NCBI GenBank assembly: GCA_020891255.1
Contig: BQFW01000015.1
Span: 1,612,001 to 1,676,000, forward strand
Reading direction: 5' to 3'
Length of the DNA stretch: 64,000 nucleotides
Source: Entomortierella parvispora E1425
Taxonomy: Eukaryota; Fungi; Mortierellomycota
The notes under the pieces are model-generated. The model was given only the letters and a program-made list of their open reading frames with translations. It was not told where the DNA came from and made no database searches. The stretch's first letter is position 1, and each line of letters begins with the position of its first letter. A program made the position numbers and the translations under genes. Positions 1 through 11,621 of this stretch are shown piece by piece.

Positions 1-9
1 CAAGTGTAC

Positions 10-224
10 CTGAAAGAAACCACCGGCCCTACTTCGCTGAAGATCTCGATCAGTTGTTCCTCTGTTTGTTCGTAGGGGATATTGCCCACTGTCGCGCAAA
101 AAAGGAAAGAAGACATGTATGTTAGCTGCATGTATGAAATGCGGTGGCAACATTGATGCAGAGTCGCAGTCTCGCTTAAGCCTATAATCCTGTGCATACC
201 GAAAACGACCTTTGACCCGCTCAT
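10..224 (-). CDS. RNA15: Cleavage stimulation factor 64-kDa subunit (Rna15/CSTF2), 5' part only; gene continues off the left edge
   Basis: Exons 224-200 and 88-10 joined across a GTATGC..AG intron give [35 protein letters not shown], the RRM RNP2 start of CSTF2/Rna15. The next donor GTACAC begins at 9. Not in the ORF track. Confidence 0.9.
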
Positions 225-462
225 GATGTTGATGTAGATGGACAGGTTGAGAATGAACGGCAATCTGTCAATGGTGGCGAAGTGAGAAGGCAAAGAGGCG
301 GATCCACGTTCATGATTCTTCACGTACAACAGACTGGGTGACGTCACCTGACCGGGGTCACATGATTCCCGCAGTTTTCTCCATATAAATTTTTTCTTGC
401 TTCTGTTGTGTTCCTTCACCCCTTTCCCTCCACACTTCCCCTTTGTATATATCCATCGTACC

Positions 463-1234
463 ATGTCCGATATTCAGAACCTCCAGTCTTACGGTAAGAA
501 CACCCGACACTGACCTGCCGCAACTTCACGGATGATTCCAACGGGCAACCGATGAGGGCGATTACCCTCACGGATCTAGATCAGTGTGCTCATCAGATGA
601 TCCTCTTTCTTTGATCTATAGATCCCTTTGCCGACATCGGTGATGCCGGCAACACTGGCGATCAGCAGAGCTATATCCGTACGTGTTTCCTCCCTGACTG
701 GCTGTCAAACTCATCAACGTCCTCCCCTCCATACAAACACACAACCCTTCCCCATCCACAGGGGTCAAAAGTGATGATAACTTTTTTATAACCGTAGCGG
801 GGCTTTGACAAACCGTTTTGGTTTGTTTCCTGTTCTGTCGGTAGTATATTTTATATACGCCATTGTCATAGTTACACTGATTTATTTTGTTGACCCCTCC
901 CCTCCCCTTCCCCCCTTTCACCTATCGTGTCCATTGTATGCCAGCTGATCCCACTGACTAACACTGTGTGTTTTAATGTCAAACAGATATCCGTATCCAG
1001 CAGCGTAACGGACGCAAGACCTTGACCACCATCCAAGGATTGCCTGCCACCTTTGACCAGAAGCGCATGCTCAAGATCTTCAAGAAGGATTTCGCTTGTA
1101 ACGGTACTTTGGTCGAGGACGAGGAGTTGGGATCTGTCATTCAGTTGCAGGGTGATCAGCGTACCAAGGTCTTGACCCTCTTGACCACCGAGGGTGGCAT
1201 TGACAAGAAGCAGATCAAGCTCCACGGATTCTAA
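463..1234 (+). CDS. SUI1: Translation initiation factor eIF1 (3 exons: 463-493, 622-678, 987-1234)
   Basis: Spliced product [15 protein letters not shown]...[20 protein letters not shown]...KKDFACNGT...VIQLQGDQR...IKLHGF; canonical GT-AG introns. Confidence 0.98.
761..897 (+). ncRNA. SNORD46: Intronic box C/D snoRNA, U46/SNORD46 (yeast snR63) type, in eIF1 intron 2
   Basis: Box C GTGATGA 771-777, box D CTGA 877-880, terminal stem GGGGTCAA (761-768)/TTGACCCC (890-897). The D-guide GTCATAGTTAC (865-875) is complementary to the LSU rRNA helix-69 sequence GUAACUAUGAC; the D+5 rule points at the second A (yeast Am2256 equivalent). Confidence 0.88.
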
Positions 1235-2529
1235 ATCCTGTCCCCTGTTGCCAACAAGAGAAGAAGAAAAGAAGAGACGGAGAGCCACCGCCATTATATC
1301 CAGCATCAAGTCTTTTTCCCAACGTTTTTTCTTCTCAGAAATCCCTATTCTGCTGTTGATCTACCCTCTCTCCTTGTATTTATATATGTACTGTATTATT
1401 TTTTTTTCTTTTTTTGATTTTCATAATAATATTCTCAATTGAAGTCAACCATGATTTACTTTCAGCTCTTTTTTTGTGGATGGATGTATGTTTGAAATGT
1501 TTATTTTTTTTTGTCGCGGAAATTGAATTGTGAGTGGTGGCGCTTTTGGCGTCGGTTTGTTTTGAATTCTTTTAGATGCGCCTGTGGCAGACTGCTTTCT
1601 GTCGCCAACTTGACGATGATGCCCTTTGTTCAATTGCCCCTTGATACCGCCCCAGCCAAATCCACATCTTGTGCAACAAGCGTGGGCAAGCATTGGGTAT
1701 GCTCGTGCAAACGTCGCGTTGAGGTTGCGCTGAAGTCTGGACAATGTTCTTTTTATGGTGAATAGGTGTAACATGCAACATCATGAACGTGGTTTGCTCG
1801 CACGACTTTGAAACGCGTCCCGCACTCTCTACATGATGTTGTGCATGCAGAACGTTTTTCGCGAGATAAAAGCGAGGGAACAGAAAGAAAACGTTCATCC
1901 ATCCCATCCTTCCCATGTCTTCTCAGTCATTTATCCCTCTGCGTGAAAAGGGATCACCCCTCAAGTTTTTTTTACTCGGTGCTTGGTTGGGAGCTGTCTC
2001 CTTTTCTCTCCCTGCATCTCCCTCATCCTCCCTTAGGCAAACTTTGTCTTCGCTCTTTGTCCGCACTTTCGGGTCTCCCGTGCCCGATGCCTCTGAACGC
2101 AGGCTTTGATACCGTCGGTTGATTTAGGCATGTCAGGGAGAATCAACACAGTGGCCGCAAAGACATGATCAATTAGCTCGCACCACACCCGCCTCTCTGC
2201 CTCTCTTTTTCTTCCACTCTTGCATCGCATATCCTTCCACTTCCACTCTATCTCTTCTCTCTCTGTCCATCTCGCTTTCCATCTTCCCCTCCTCTCATCC
2301 TCCTCTCCTCTTATCCTTGCCCCCCTCGCCATGACTCAGACTTAAGGACTCTTGTCTCCTTTCAGTTCAACGACTCTTTTTTTCACCCTTTGTCCTCTAA
2401 TCTCATTTTTGATATCACTCGCAGATCATAGCGTGAACAAACCTCGTTCCCGACACCATTGTTCATTTTTCATCGCTCGCATCTCGTTCTACGACTCGCG
2501 AGCTCACTTCAGTATCAATTACCCCTTTC

Positions 2530-5500
2530 ATGCCTCTTCCCATCCCCAAATTGCCGTACTTTATGGGCCCAAAGGACCAAAAGCAGCCATGGAGGTAACC
2601 AATTCAGCAACCAGTGCAGTCCTTTGCCAACACCCCAGTCCGATCTCAGCAGTTAGTCAGTTGGTCAACGTCGAGTAGCAATGGTGACCCAAGGAGCGAC
2701 CTTGCTCGTGTTGTACATGTACACCCTGGACAGACGGATGACACGCCTCCTTACTGCAAAATGTCAAATTTTTTCCCTCTTGTTTTTGCTTGTGCGACAA
2801 ACACCTATCGCGCGTGCGGCATGCGACATTGTAAAATGTGGACCCTGACCCTGTTTTCCTTTGTTTCCTCTCTTTGTTCTCTTCCACCTCTTTGAACCCA
2901 CACCAACTCTTTCCACCTGTCCTGCCTTCTTGTCTTTCTATCTTATCCTCCATTTCATTTCTCATCAATGATCAGCTACACCGCTCTAGAAACGCACCCG
3001 CCGAGAAAGTCCATCTTAGGATCGCTCAGGAAACGGGAGTACCAGACTCGCCAGCAGCAGGTCAGACGCGGCACGCCTCGTCGCATTGGCTGTCCTCCCC
3101 GACTTTATGACGATGATTCTGCGTTTGTTCATCCTCAACAGGTGGTCAGTCCTCAGGGGTCACCGGAGATCGGAACTAGCGGGAGCCACAGAAGCAGTAT
3201 CAGTGCCGCCAACAGAGGTGTCATCCACCACCCACACAATACCAGTGGCGGCAAGCGCTTGAACTTGGGAAAGGGGCAAGGCGAAGCAGCAGCGGGAAAG
3301 TCATTGCCATCCTCCTCCGCGTCCCTTCCTCCTCACCCTCGTCTGTTCCCCTCCCGAAAGTCTTCCTCCCCCTCACTCTCCAGTTCTTTCAATGCATCTT
3401 CCTCCTCCTCTTCCGTCCACTCGTCCTCCCAGCCACCCTCTCAAACTCCTGCGCTTCATCCACTTGCTTCATCTTTAACCTGCAACGACCACAATCTCGA
3501 TTCTGACGCTATGGATACTTCCCCAGACATGCCAGTTTCCACGTCCGATACAGCCATGGACTGGACGGCGGTATCGACTCCTTCTTCTCCACCTTCCCGT
3601 CGCCTCAGCATCTCCTCTTCATCGTCCGCCTCGACAAAGGGTTTTGTCATGGTGGATCATGCAGTGGCAGGCAGCAGCGGTGGCTCCACCATCGCGTCCA
3701 CACCTTCAGTTATGTCCCTTGGATCGTCTTCTTCGGCCTCTTTGTCGACGACCGACCTCAATGCTAACGTGTCTAGAACCCATGCAGCTTTGATGAATGC
3801 TCATCTCTCGGCGGCACAGCTTGGTGGAGGGGTGGGCAGGAGAATGTCCTCCCCCTCAATTTCAACTACCTTGGCCCCCAATTCCCCTTACAACCACAGT
3901 CCTCCCGGATCATCCACCTCTCTGTCCTGCCGCCGCACCACTGCAGATGTGATGCAGCCCCGTCCTAGTTCTGCTCTTTCAGGAGCCCGCACTTGGGTTT
4001 CGTGTTCCTCCTCAATACCGTCCGTATCTTCGTTTTCGGGCTCTACCTCTAGTGCTGAGAGTCAACCCTCTCTTCAAAGACGCACGTCATTCGTGTCGCT
4101 GAGTCAGCCAAATGGTGCAGTCCCCAAGAAAGACTCTGGAAAGTATCTGGATGGAACGGCAGACATTGTGAGCTCGCGCATGCCATTGATTGTGGCCGAG
4201 CGAGAATATGCCATGAATGGGCACGACAAGATCTTTACGGCCAAATGGATCTCCAGTGACGAGGTGCTGATGGGAACCAAGTGCAACAAGGTAAGTCGTT
4301 TGGAAAGGGGGTTGGGGTTGATAAGGAGCCTTTGTATCCCAATGCCCAATGCCCAATGCTAATTTTTGTTTTTTTTAATTTTTCATTTTGGCATGATTTT
4401 TTATTATTTTATTATCATGTCGCAGCTCTTTGTCTTGGATACTCGGACCAACAGACGTATCTCGTTGGGTCGATTGGATGAATCCCTTTGTGAATCTCAA
4501 GAAAGTGTTGTTTCTAGGATGAGCGAGCTTCATACAGAGTACGAGAAGAGACTCAATACTCCCATTGTGGCGTCCACACGATTCATTTCGAGGAGCAGTA
4601 ATTCCCGCAACAACTCTGGAACGAATAGCAGTAGCAGTAGCATCTCCAATTTCAGCATGCTGAGCGGGAGCAGTACCATTGGACTGGCCAGCAGTCTGGA
4701 AAGGGGTCTTCGCTTCTTCAATGCAGGACGTCGTTCGTCCACCCCTTCTTTTTCCTCTGCGACCTTGGTGCCTTTCCCTCAACCAGGTGCTGTCGTGACC
4801 CACACAGCAGCTACCACAGTCAGCAACATCAGCAACAATACAGATCGTCACCCGAACAACGATCTCCATATGACTACGAATGCAAACCCCAACACTAATG
4901 CCAACACTCAAACTGCAGCGGGGACAGAGATTTCAGGCTCCAATCATACCATTGCTGCGACTTCAACCTCTGCAGGTATTCGATCCTTGTCGATCAACCC
5001 CTCCAGGACCCTGCTGGCCGTGGGATCAGGAGATCCCTACCAAGTGACTATCTACTCCGTTCCCGAATACGAGCCCGTGGGTATGATGTACGGTCACACA
5101 GACCTGGTGTTTTCTTTGACTTGGATCTCGGACACGGTCTTGGTCTCGGGTGCACGTGATGGGTCTATGAGAGTCTGGTCCATGGCCTCCGAAGTGATGG
5201 CGACCTTGCCTGCTGTCTCCGAGCCAGTCGAGGTCCGATTCTCAGTCTTGAAAAAGACTCAAGAAAAGGCCCGTATCCGTGATCTGACCCTCAACCGAGC
5301 CACAGGACAACTCATGACCTTGGCTGCCGAGGGTTACGTGAAGCTATGGGACCGAGAGAACTACAACAGTGTAAGACAACAACCGTTGGTGTACCAAGTC
5401 GATAAGGGACATGTTCGTTTCTTGCCATGTTCCTTGATTAACTGTTTTCTTTTATCTTTTCACCTCCCCACCCTAAAAAATCGAATGGACGAAGCAGATC

Positions 5501-6082
5501 ATGACTCTCAAGCTTATTCACTCAGCAGAGACAGTGTGCTTGACCTCCAACACAAGCGCAAACTTGTACGCGGTTGGGTCTCAATCACACATCTCGGTCG
5601 TGGACCCTCGATCCTCCAGCGTGGTTCATGTGGCTGATTCCTGTGATGAGGGTTGGGGCGTGCGTGCCCTCAACTTCAAGAGTCATATCATTACGACTGG
5701 AGGTGGATTTGGACGGATTGGGTTCTATGACATGAGAGCTCAGAAGTACCTGGATGGATTTGAGAACGGAGCAACCAAGCGGCACTACTTGGACATTGGC
5801 TCTGGATGGCTCGTAAGTTACCACACTTTTTTTTTTCTGTTTTCTTTTTTTTATATGACGCTATTCTATCGTTCCTTCGTTTTCACTCTTGTCTCTAATA
5901 TCTCATCTTGCCTTCTCACTCTCTAGAACCGAGAGACAGCCTATGCCGGAACGATATCAGGCATCACCATCCGAAACGCAGTGTACGCGTTGGAATATGA
6001 TGCTTCTGGTTCGCGTCTCTTTACCGCAGGTGGTCCTCTTCAGCTTGGACTCTGTGGTGCTTACGCAGGACTCTGGAGTTAA
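2530..6082 (+). CDS. DCAF12: DCAF12/WDR40-like WD40 substrate receptor of CRL4, with long Ser-rich insertions
   Basis: Motifs DKIFTAKWISSDEVLMGTKCNKLFVLD, GIRSLSINPSRTLLAVGSG, GHTDLVFSLTWISDTVLVSGARDGSMRVW and C-terminal AVYALEYDASGSRLFTAGGPLQLGLCGAYAGLWS* match DCAF12. Exons approx. 2530-2594, 2976-4290, 4426-5370, 5498-5812, 5927-6082. The start (2530, 2563 or 2968) is uncertain. Confidence 0.85.
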
Positions 6083-6391
6083 GGGCGACTAGGTCCTGTC
6101 CACCCCCCCAAAAAAGACCCTTTCAAAAGCTGTGTCATTCACCTTCACGCTAGATAATAATAGTAGAGAACAATATAGAAGAAGGGTAAACCGGAATACA
6201 AACAAAAATGGCGCGTAAAACTTGCCACGCCTCCTGAGGTTGTTGATTGGGTCGATTGGTTCTATCTCTCTTCTAACTTCTTGGCTGTGTGGCTGTGACC
6301 TTCAGCCAAAAATTTTTTATTCGGATTTTATGAAGTAGAGGACGTGAAAAAAGGATAGTCCCTATTTAGGTCTCTCTCTCTATTTTTTTAT

Positions 6392-7185
6392 CTAGGGCGT
6401 GTAGCGCATGTTTCTGAACTGAGCCTGGGGCACACGTCCATCGGTGGGATACTTGAACTGGCCAGCCCAGTTGATGTCGACCTCTTGGTTGACCTGGGTC
6501 CAAGAGTTGATAGCCAGACGGTACCTGGTGTTGGAGGGATCCGAAGTAGCAATATCGGATCGGTTCAGAACCACGTTGTCATCCACAGACCAGGCCACAA
6601 AGTTCGGGCGCCACTCGAACTCGTACTTGTGCCAGCCCTGGGAGGTGTCAAAAGGCAAATTGATCGAGATGGGGTTTTGCTTTTGATCGTGCCAAATGTT
6701 CATCCAGCCAATCCGGTTGTTAAATCCCGTCAATTCAACGTCAATCTCAGTGTCCTCGTTGGCAATCAGGAAGAACGAGGTGACTTGACCGACAATGTTG
6801 GACGCGATCATTTCGATCGAGTACTTGCCATAGGTCATGTCATCTCGATTGTAGACCAGCTCGCCGCAAGAGTAGGGCTTGAGGTCAGAGTCATGGCCGA
6901 TGGTGATGCGGGTGCCCGCGCTGCTCTCGTGGACCTGGGTCTCGGTGAAGGAGCATCCCCATCTGTTTTCAGACAAGAGGTCAAACTGGTCAGTGAAGAA
7001 CAAGACGATGTTAGCGAGAACAGCTTCTATCAAAAAGGTGCTTACCGATCGGGTCCATATCCATCAGCGATATCAAAGTTGTCGTGGTTGTCCAAAGACT
7101 CGTGGAAAGCCTGTGCGGCTTGGACAGCCGACAGGAAGGGACTCGCCAGTAGGGCGAGGGAAAGAGAAAGCAATGTGAATTTCAT
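6392..7185 (-). CDS. Secreted glycoside hydrolase family 16 (lichenase/beta-glucanase-like)
   Basis: Signal peptide MKFTLLSLSLALLASPFLSAVQA; catalytic EIDVE motif in SFFLIANEDTEIDVELTG; FDTSQGWHKYEFEWRPNFVAWSVD. One intron (7045-6963). Confidence 0.88.
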
Positions 7186-7716
7186 TGGATGTTGTGTTCT
7201 GTAGAATGGATGTTGATTTCGCAAAGTAGGGGTCTGTAGGATTGGTAAAAAGAAGAAAACGGCCGTTGCAGATGTCTGTGATATACCTGCGGATAGTCAG
7301 GGTGGAACGCGATACCTTTGGCGAAGAAAATATTTTTGGATGGCTGGTCTCAAGGGTTCCTATTAAGACAGTTTATCGGCACGAAACAGAATCTGGGACA
7401 AAGTGGGACCCATGGGATGCCAACAGGGTGCCCTATTGAAATCTGCGAAGGCGCCACTGGGGGACGCAGGGAAGAGTGCTTGCAAAATTGAGCTAGGATT
7501 TCTCGCTGCCGATGTGACTTACCGTGAGATCCTTATTCACCCTGTTCAGTGCTCCTTCCACGTGCTAAATGTCCCTTCAGACCTGTTCCTTGAGGGCTAA
7601 TGTCTGGGTGCACGCGTGAGGAAGTATCAGTCACGTGGTCGCTCTTCTTTTTGAACACAGAAGTGACAATTACATGCATGCATCATTGGTTCTTCATTTC
7701 TTCATCCAGACGCGCC

Positions 7717-10467
7717 ATGGACTGGGACCCTTCGCGCGAGTACGACTCGCAGACATTTTCAGAAGATTACAATCTCCATGGAGCATCAGGCCGATCCTTT
7801 GACCATCCCAGTGTCACGCGCGATGACCAATTCCTGCGGGGCGTCCTGAACAACCTTAACAAGGACGACCGGGAGGGTGGAGAAGAAGGAGAGGAAGAAG
7901 GGGGGGAGGCCGATGCAGGGGATACGAGCAGTATTGATGACGCTGACCTGGATTTGATCGTGGATATTGTGGATGGCAAGACCCCTGTTCATGGTCAACC
8001 GCCTTCGCGCCTCCAACAACGGCCCTTGGTCCATCAACCGGATGAGAATTCAGTCAACTCCATTATGCAATATCTATTGGACGGTTCTCAGGACCAAGAG
8101 GAGTTTCAGGACTCGCCTCATTTCGATCCATCAAGACAATACTATCCAGCGGGGGCAGGTCTGGGTAGCTCACACCGTCTTTCCGATCAACAATCCATTG
8201 CAATGACGGAGCACTTGTACGAAAACAACTTTACAGAGCGGTCAGGAAGCACCCCGAAGCGGCAGATGAGGGGAATGGTATGTTGGATTATTGGATAGCC
8301 CACACCTTCGCACTGCGATGTGTTGACTCGGCTATAGTCTTATTTACAGGTCATTCCTGCTTTAATTTATATTTCATGATAGTTGGACGTCAGGAATACA
8401 CCCAAGGGATCACCAATGACTGGCAGGAGGACGACACCGATGCGACAGCAACATTCAGAGCAAATAAGCCGATTGCCAATGCGCAATCGAAGTGTCTCGA
8501 TTGACGGTGTGTTACAGCATCCACTCGAAACTTTGATAGCGATATAAAAACTTTCACCTTCTAATCCCGCAGGTGTTTCATTGTGTCTATAGAGAGTTCC
8601 AAGCCAAGGCCAACAGGGATTCCGCTTCGCTCAGGAGCAGGGGGTTTATCTTCAGCAGCCATGTCACCAATGAGGGCTCCGCAGCAACCAGAGAAGCCCC
8701 CTGGGCAGCGGATAGCGAATTTTGCAGATCTCCCAAAACCAGCTTTTCGATCCGCCATGAAGGCTCCCAAGAACTACAGCGACAGTCAATCCAACGAGCA
8801 GCAGAGCACAAAGAGCAAGCTGAGTCGACATATTCAACTGCCGAGCGAAACTTTGAATGAAAAAGAGGACGAAGGACAGGAGTCATGGGAGCCTGTTGTT
8901 CATCCTCAGGATCCAGGGCAGGAGGAAACCGAAGCGGCCGTAGAGAAGTCTGCGGACGAAATACCTGCTCATACCGAGGTGGATACAGAACGAGCGGCTC
9001 CAGTGACGACAGTTTCAGGCCCATCAAGATTCACACGGATATCAAAAAAGAATGTATCTCCTGCGAAAAAGGCAGTGACTATTATCCCTACTCCGCAAGA
9101 TGAACAGGAAGAGGTAAGTGAATCGCGACCATGATGTGGAGGTGTACGTGCTTTCTCGCTTACAATCGACGTTTTATCCTTGTTTAGGAGCAAAAAGTCC
9201 GCCAGACTGTTAAGGCATTCAAAAAAATGCTCAATCAACTTGGACTGCCTCTGACTTCCACACTAGAGAGTTCACTCAACAGTTTAACAGATGCTATAGT
9301 CGAAGAAGGTGGCCTCTGCGAGATGATAGGACTTGCCCAAAAATTGGGCGGTATGTACGAAAAGCAAACCGAAGTTTTCCATCAAATGACAGACCAACTT
9401 CTTGCTGGTGAAACTGGCGGAAGTAATCATGACAAGGAAGAGTCAGAGAGTAAAATCGCCGAGTTGACACAACAATTGCAGGAGACAAAGGTATGGACTG
9501 TCAGCATGCGAAGGTTAATTCTCATTGTGTTTTTTTTCACTATTTTAGAGCAATTTGTATTAATGATCTCTTATTCTTGGACAGGCCGAGCTGGAAGAGT
9601 CCAAGAAAGAAGCCCAATTCATGAGGGATAAGGAACAATTATCGATACTGGAGCTCATGGAGCTCAGGTCTAAGGTGGAGTTGGCGAAATCTCAGTCATC
9701 AACAAAAGCTGAAACCAACACCGGCGCTATACCCATCTCTCCAAAATGGCAGGATCATGTGGCCAAAATTGAAGAGGAGCTTCAAGCACTCAAGACGACC
9801 TTGGGCTCAATCTCATTGTCATCAGGCGGCGCGACATATCAGGATCAAGAGGGTATGGAAGAGCGCATGATTGAGATTGTTCAAGAGAATCGACGACTAA
9901 AGATGAATAACAGGAGGCTGGCTCAACAAGTTCTCGATATGGCCAAAGATGACACAGGTATATATTTGGTTTTCATCCATTGTCTCCTCTCTCCCTTGTT
10001 ATCTTTGATATCTAATTCTTTTTTTATTTCTGCCAATAGCCATTGATGACAGCGCAGGAGTTATCGCAGAACACAAGACAATACTTCGAAATATTATGAA
10101 TCGAGTAGGCGTGAACCGACAGAGTGATATCCTTCCAGCACTGGGTGAGATTGAACTAGTTGTCCAGGATTTACCTGTCTTGCGAAAGTTTGTTGCCAAG
10201 GTGGAAAGAGTCATTTGGGAACCAGAGATCATGGAAGGGCTCGTGCGAGTGCAACGAGTCCAGTCTGCAGGAAATATCATTAAAGAGAACAAAGCAGGAA
10301 AGGAGATGGATGACTTGGAACCCGTGATCCCTGCAGGCAGAACGTGTTCACAGCCTCTTGAAGGGACGCTACAGAGATTGAGAGAATGGAGCGAGCTGCT
10401 GGATGTGCTGAACCATGTCGAGTTTGCCGACGAGCTGGATGACAATATCACTGTTGTTCCGTCATAG
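7717..10467 (+). CDS. Uncharacterised disordered/coiled-coil protein with a helical C-terminal domain, possibly CEP70-like
   Basis: Six exons join in frame through GT-AG introns (donors near 8278, 8506, 9114, 9491, 9958). Acidic disordered N-terminus, heptad-rich middle, C-terminal ILPALGEIELVVQDLPVLRKFVAKVERVIW...LQRLREWSELL. The gene is well supported; the CEP70 label is weak. Confidence 0.7.
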
Positions 10468-10578
10468 TCTTGAAGATTTTTGCCAAGGGCAAATAACTGT
10501 TATTGATAAAATAATGTACACTATGAACATACAAATACACATGAGTCCTGAATGCTACGCCCCAAACGAGGCTAGATC

Positions 10579-11478
10579 TTAGATCGTGAACTTCATACAC
10601 CTATAGTACGGGATTCGATGTGCAGTGCATTATTCAGTTAGCAAATCACACGCTTTTCAGTCCTTGATCTGTGCGTCTGGATCAAGAATGTTTTACCTTG
10701 TTTCCTCGTGTGTCTTCAAGCATCGAAGGTCACAGTACCGCATGCCGCATTTTGAGCACCGGTACTTGCCTTTCCATCCGCAGACGCTGCAAAATTGTCG
10801 ATCAGGGTATCGACTCGGACCCATGTTGGCGGTGACATAGTCGATTTCCTTTCCTTGTGGGTTCGAATGTTGTTCATCCAAGAGCTGGTTGAGCGGTTTT
10901 TTCGGCAGGATAGGTTTCCGAACAAGAGTCGCTGCGGCCCCTGCGGCTCCGCTTCCTTCTGGCTTCTTATTCTTGAGAGCATTCCTGGATGTGGGCACTA
11001 CAACGGATCCTGCTACGCCTGAGCCTGCACCAGAAGATCCAACCGTGCCCACAATGCCCCCGACCAAGTTGCCTACAGCGTCCATTCCTGGAAAGACACC
11101 GCCCAATTTTGTTGGGTTCAACGTGGCAGGTCCTGGAGCGGCGGCCGCAGCCGCAGCTGTGGCGATGATGGCCTCAAATTCATTCAAGGCTACAAAATTG
11201 TCTCGTTCGAGTGATTCTAGGTGATGACGCAGTTGCCGTTCCCTCGTGTGTTTGTCAAGGACCTTGGGGGCTATTCAATGAAGAGTACCATACAAGGAAG
11301 AGAGGACAAAGAGAGAGGACAAAAGGGGGCGCCATGCCGATCGACAAAACAATAAGGTTAATGCATGCAGAGCAGCAAAAAAGGGTTCTGTCTTGGGAGC
11401 ACAAAAGAATACTGGCGCTATCCAAACGACGGTCGGAGCAGGCATACCCGTTTTGGCTCTGTCGGTTTTTCGGGACAT
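10579..11478 (-). CDS. VPS71: SWR1 complex zinc-finger HIT subunit Vps71/Swc6/ZNHIT1
   Basis: Spliced MSRKTDRAKTAPKVLDKHTRERQLRHHLESLERDNF...YVTANMGPSRYPDRQFCSVCGWKGKYRCSKCGMRYCDLRCLKTHEETRCMKFTI*; both the N-terminal LEND/LERDNF motif and the zf-HIT match ZNHIT1. Confidence 0.92.
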
Positions 11479-11621
11479 TGGACGGTGGTAAGGATGCAAT
11501 GTCCGATGAATGAATGAATGGATGTGATCAAGGGAAGGAAGGAATAGCGAATGTTGATTCGGATGTGCCCGCGAGGTCATGCCATGAAGACCAAGCAGTC
11601 ACTCATTTTATTCGTAGCAGT

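Noticed and set aside
494-621. Possible structured RNA in eIF1 intron 1 (ACACTGA/TCAGTGT stem, TGAGGG/CCCTCA hairpin)
   Set aside because: Stems are only 6-7 bp, with no canonical C/D or H/ACA boxes and no recognisable rRNA guide.
1235-2500. Short ORFs in the SUI1-DCAF12 intergenic region, and likewise in 33260-34200 and 48430-50030
   Set aside because: No motifs, no splice-consistent models, and composition typical of UTR/promoter DNA (pyrimidine tracts, poly-A/T).
6485-7204. 239-aa + strand ORF, and similar long antisense ORFs (28373-29140 -, 43347-44120 +, 54759-55274 +, 41509-42114 +)
   Set aside because: They are antisense shadows of real, codon-biased or repetitive CDSs and have no protein motifs of their own.
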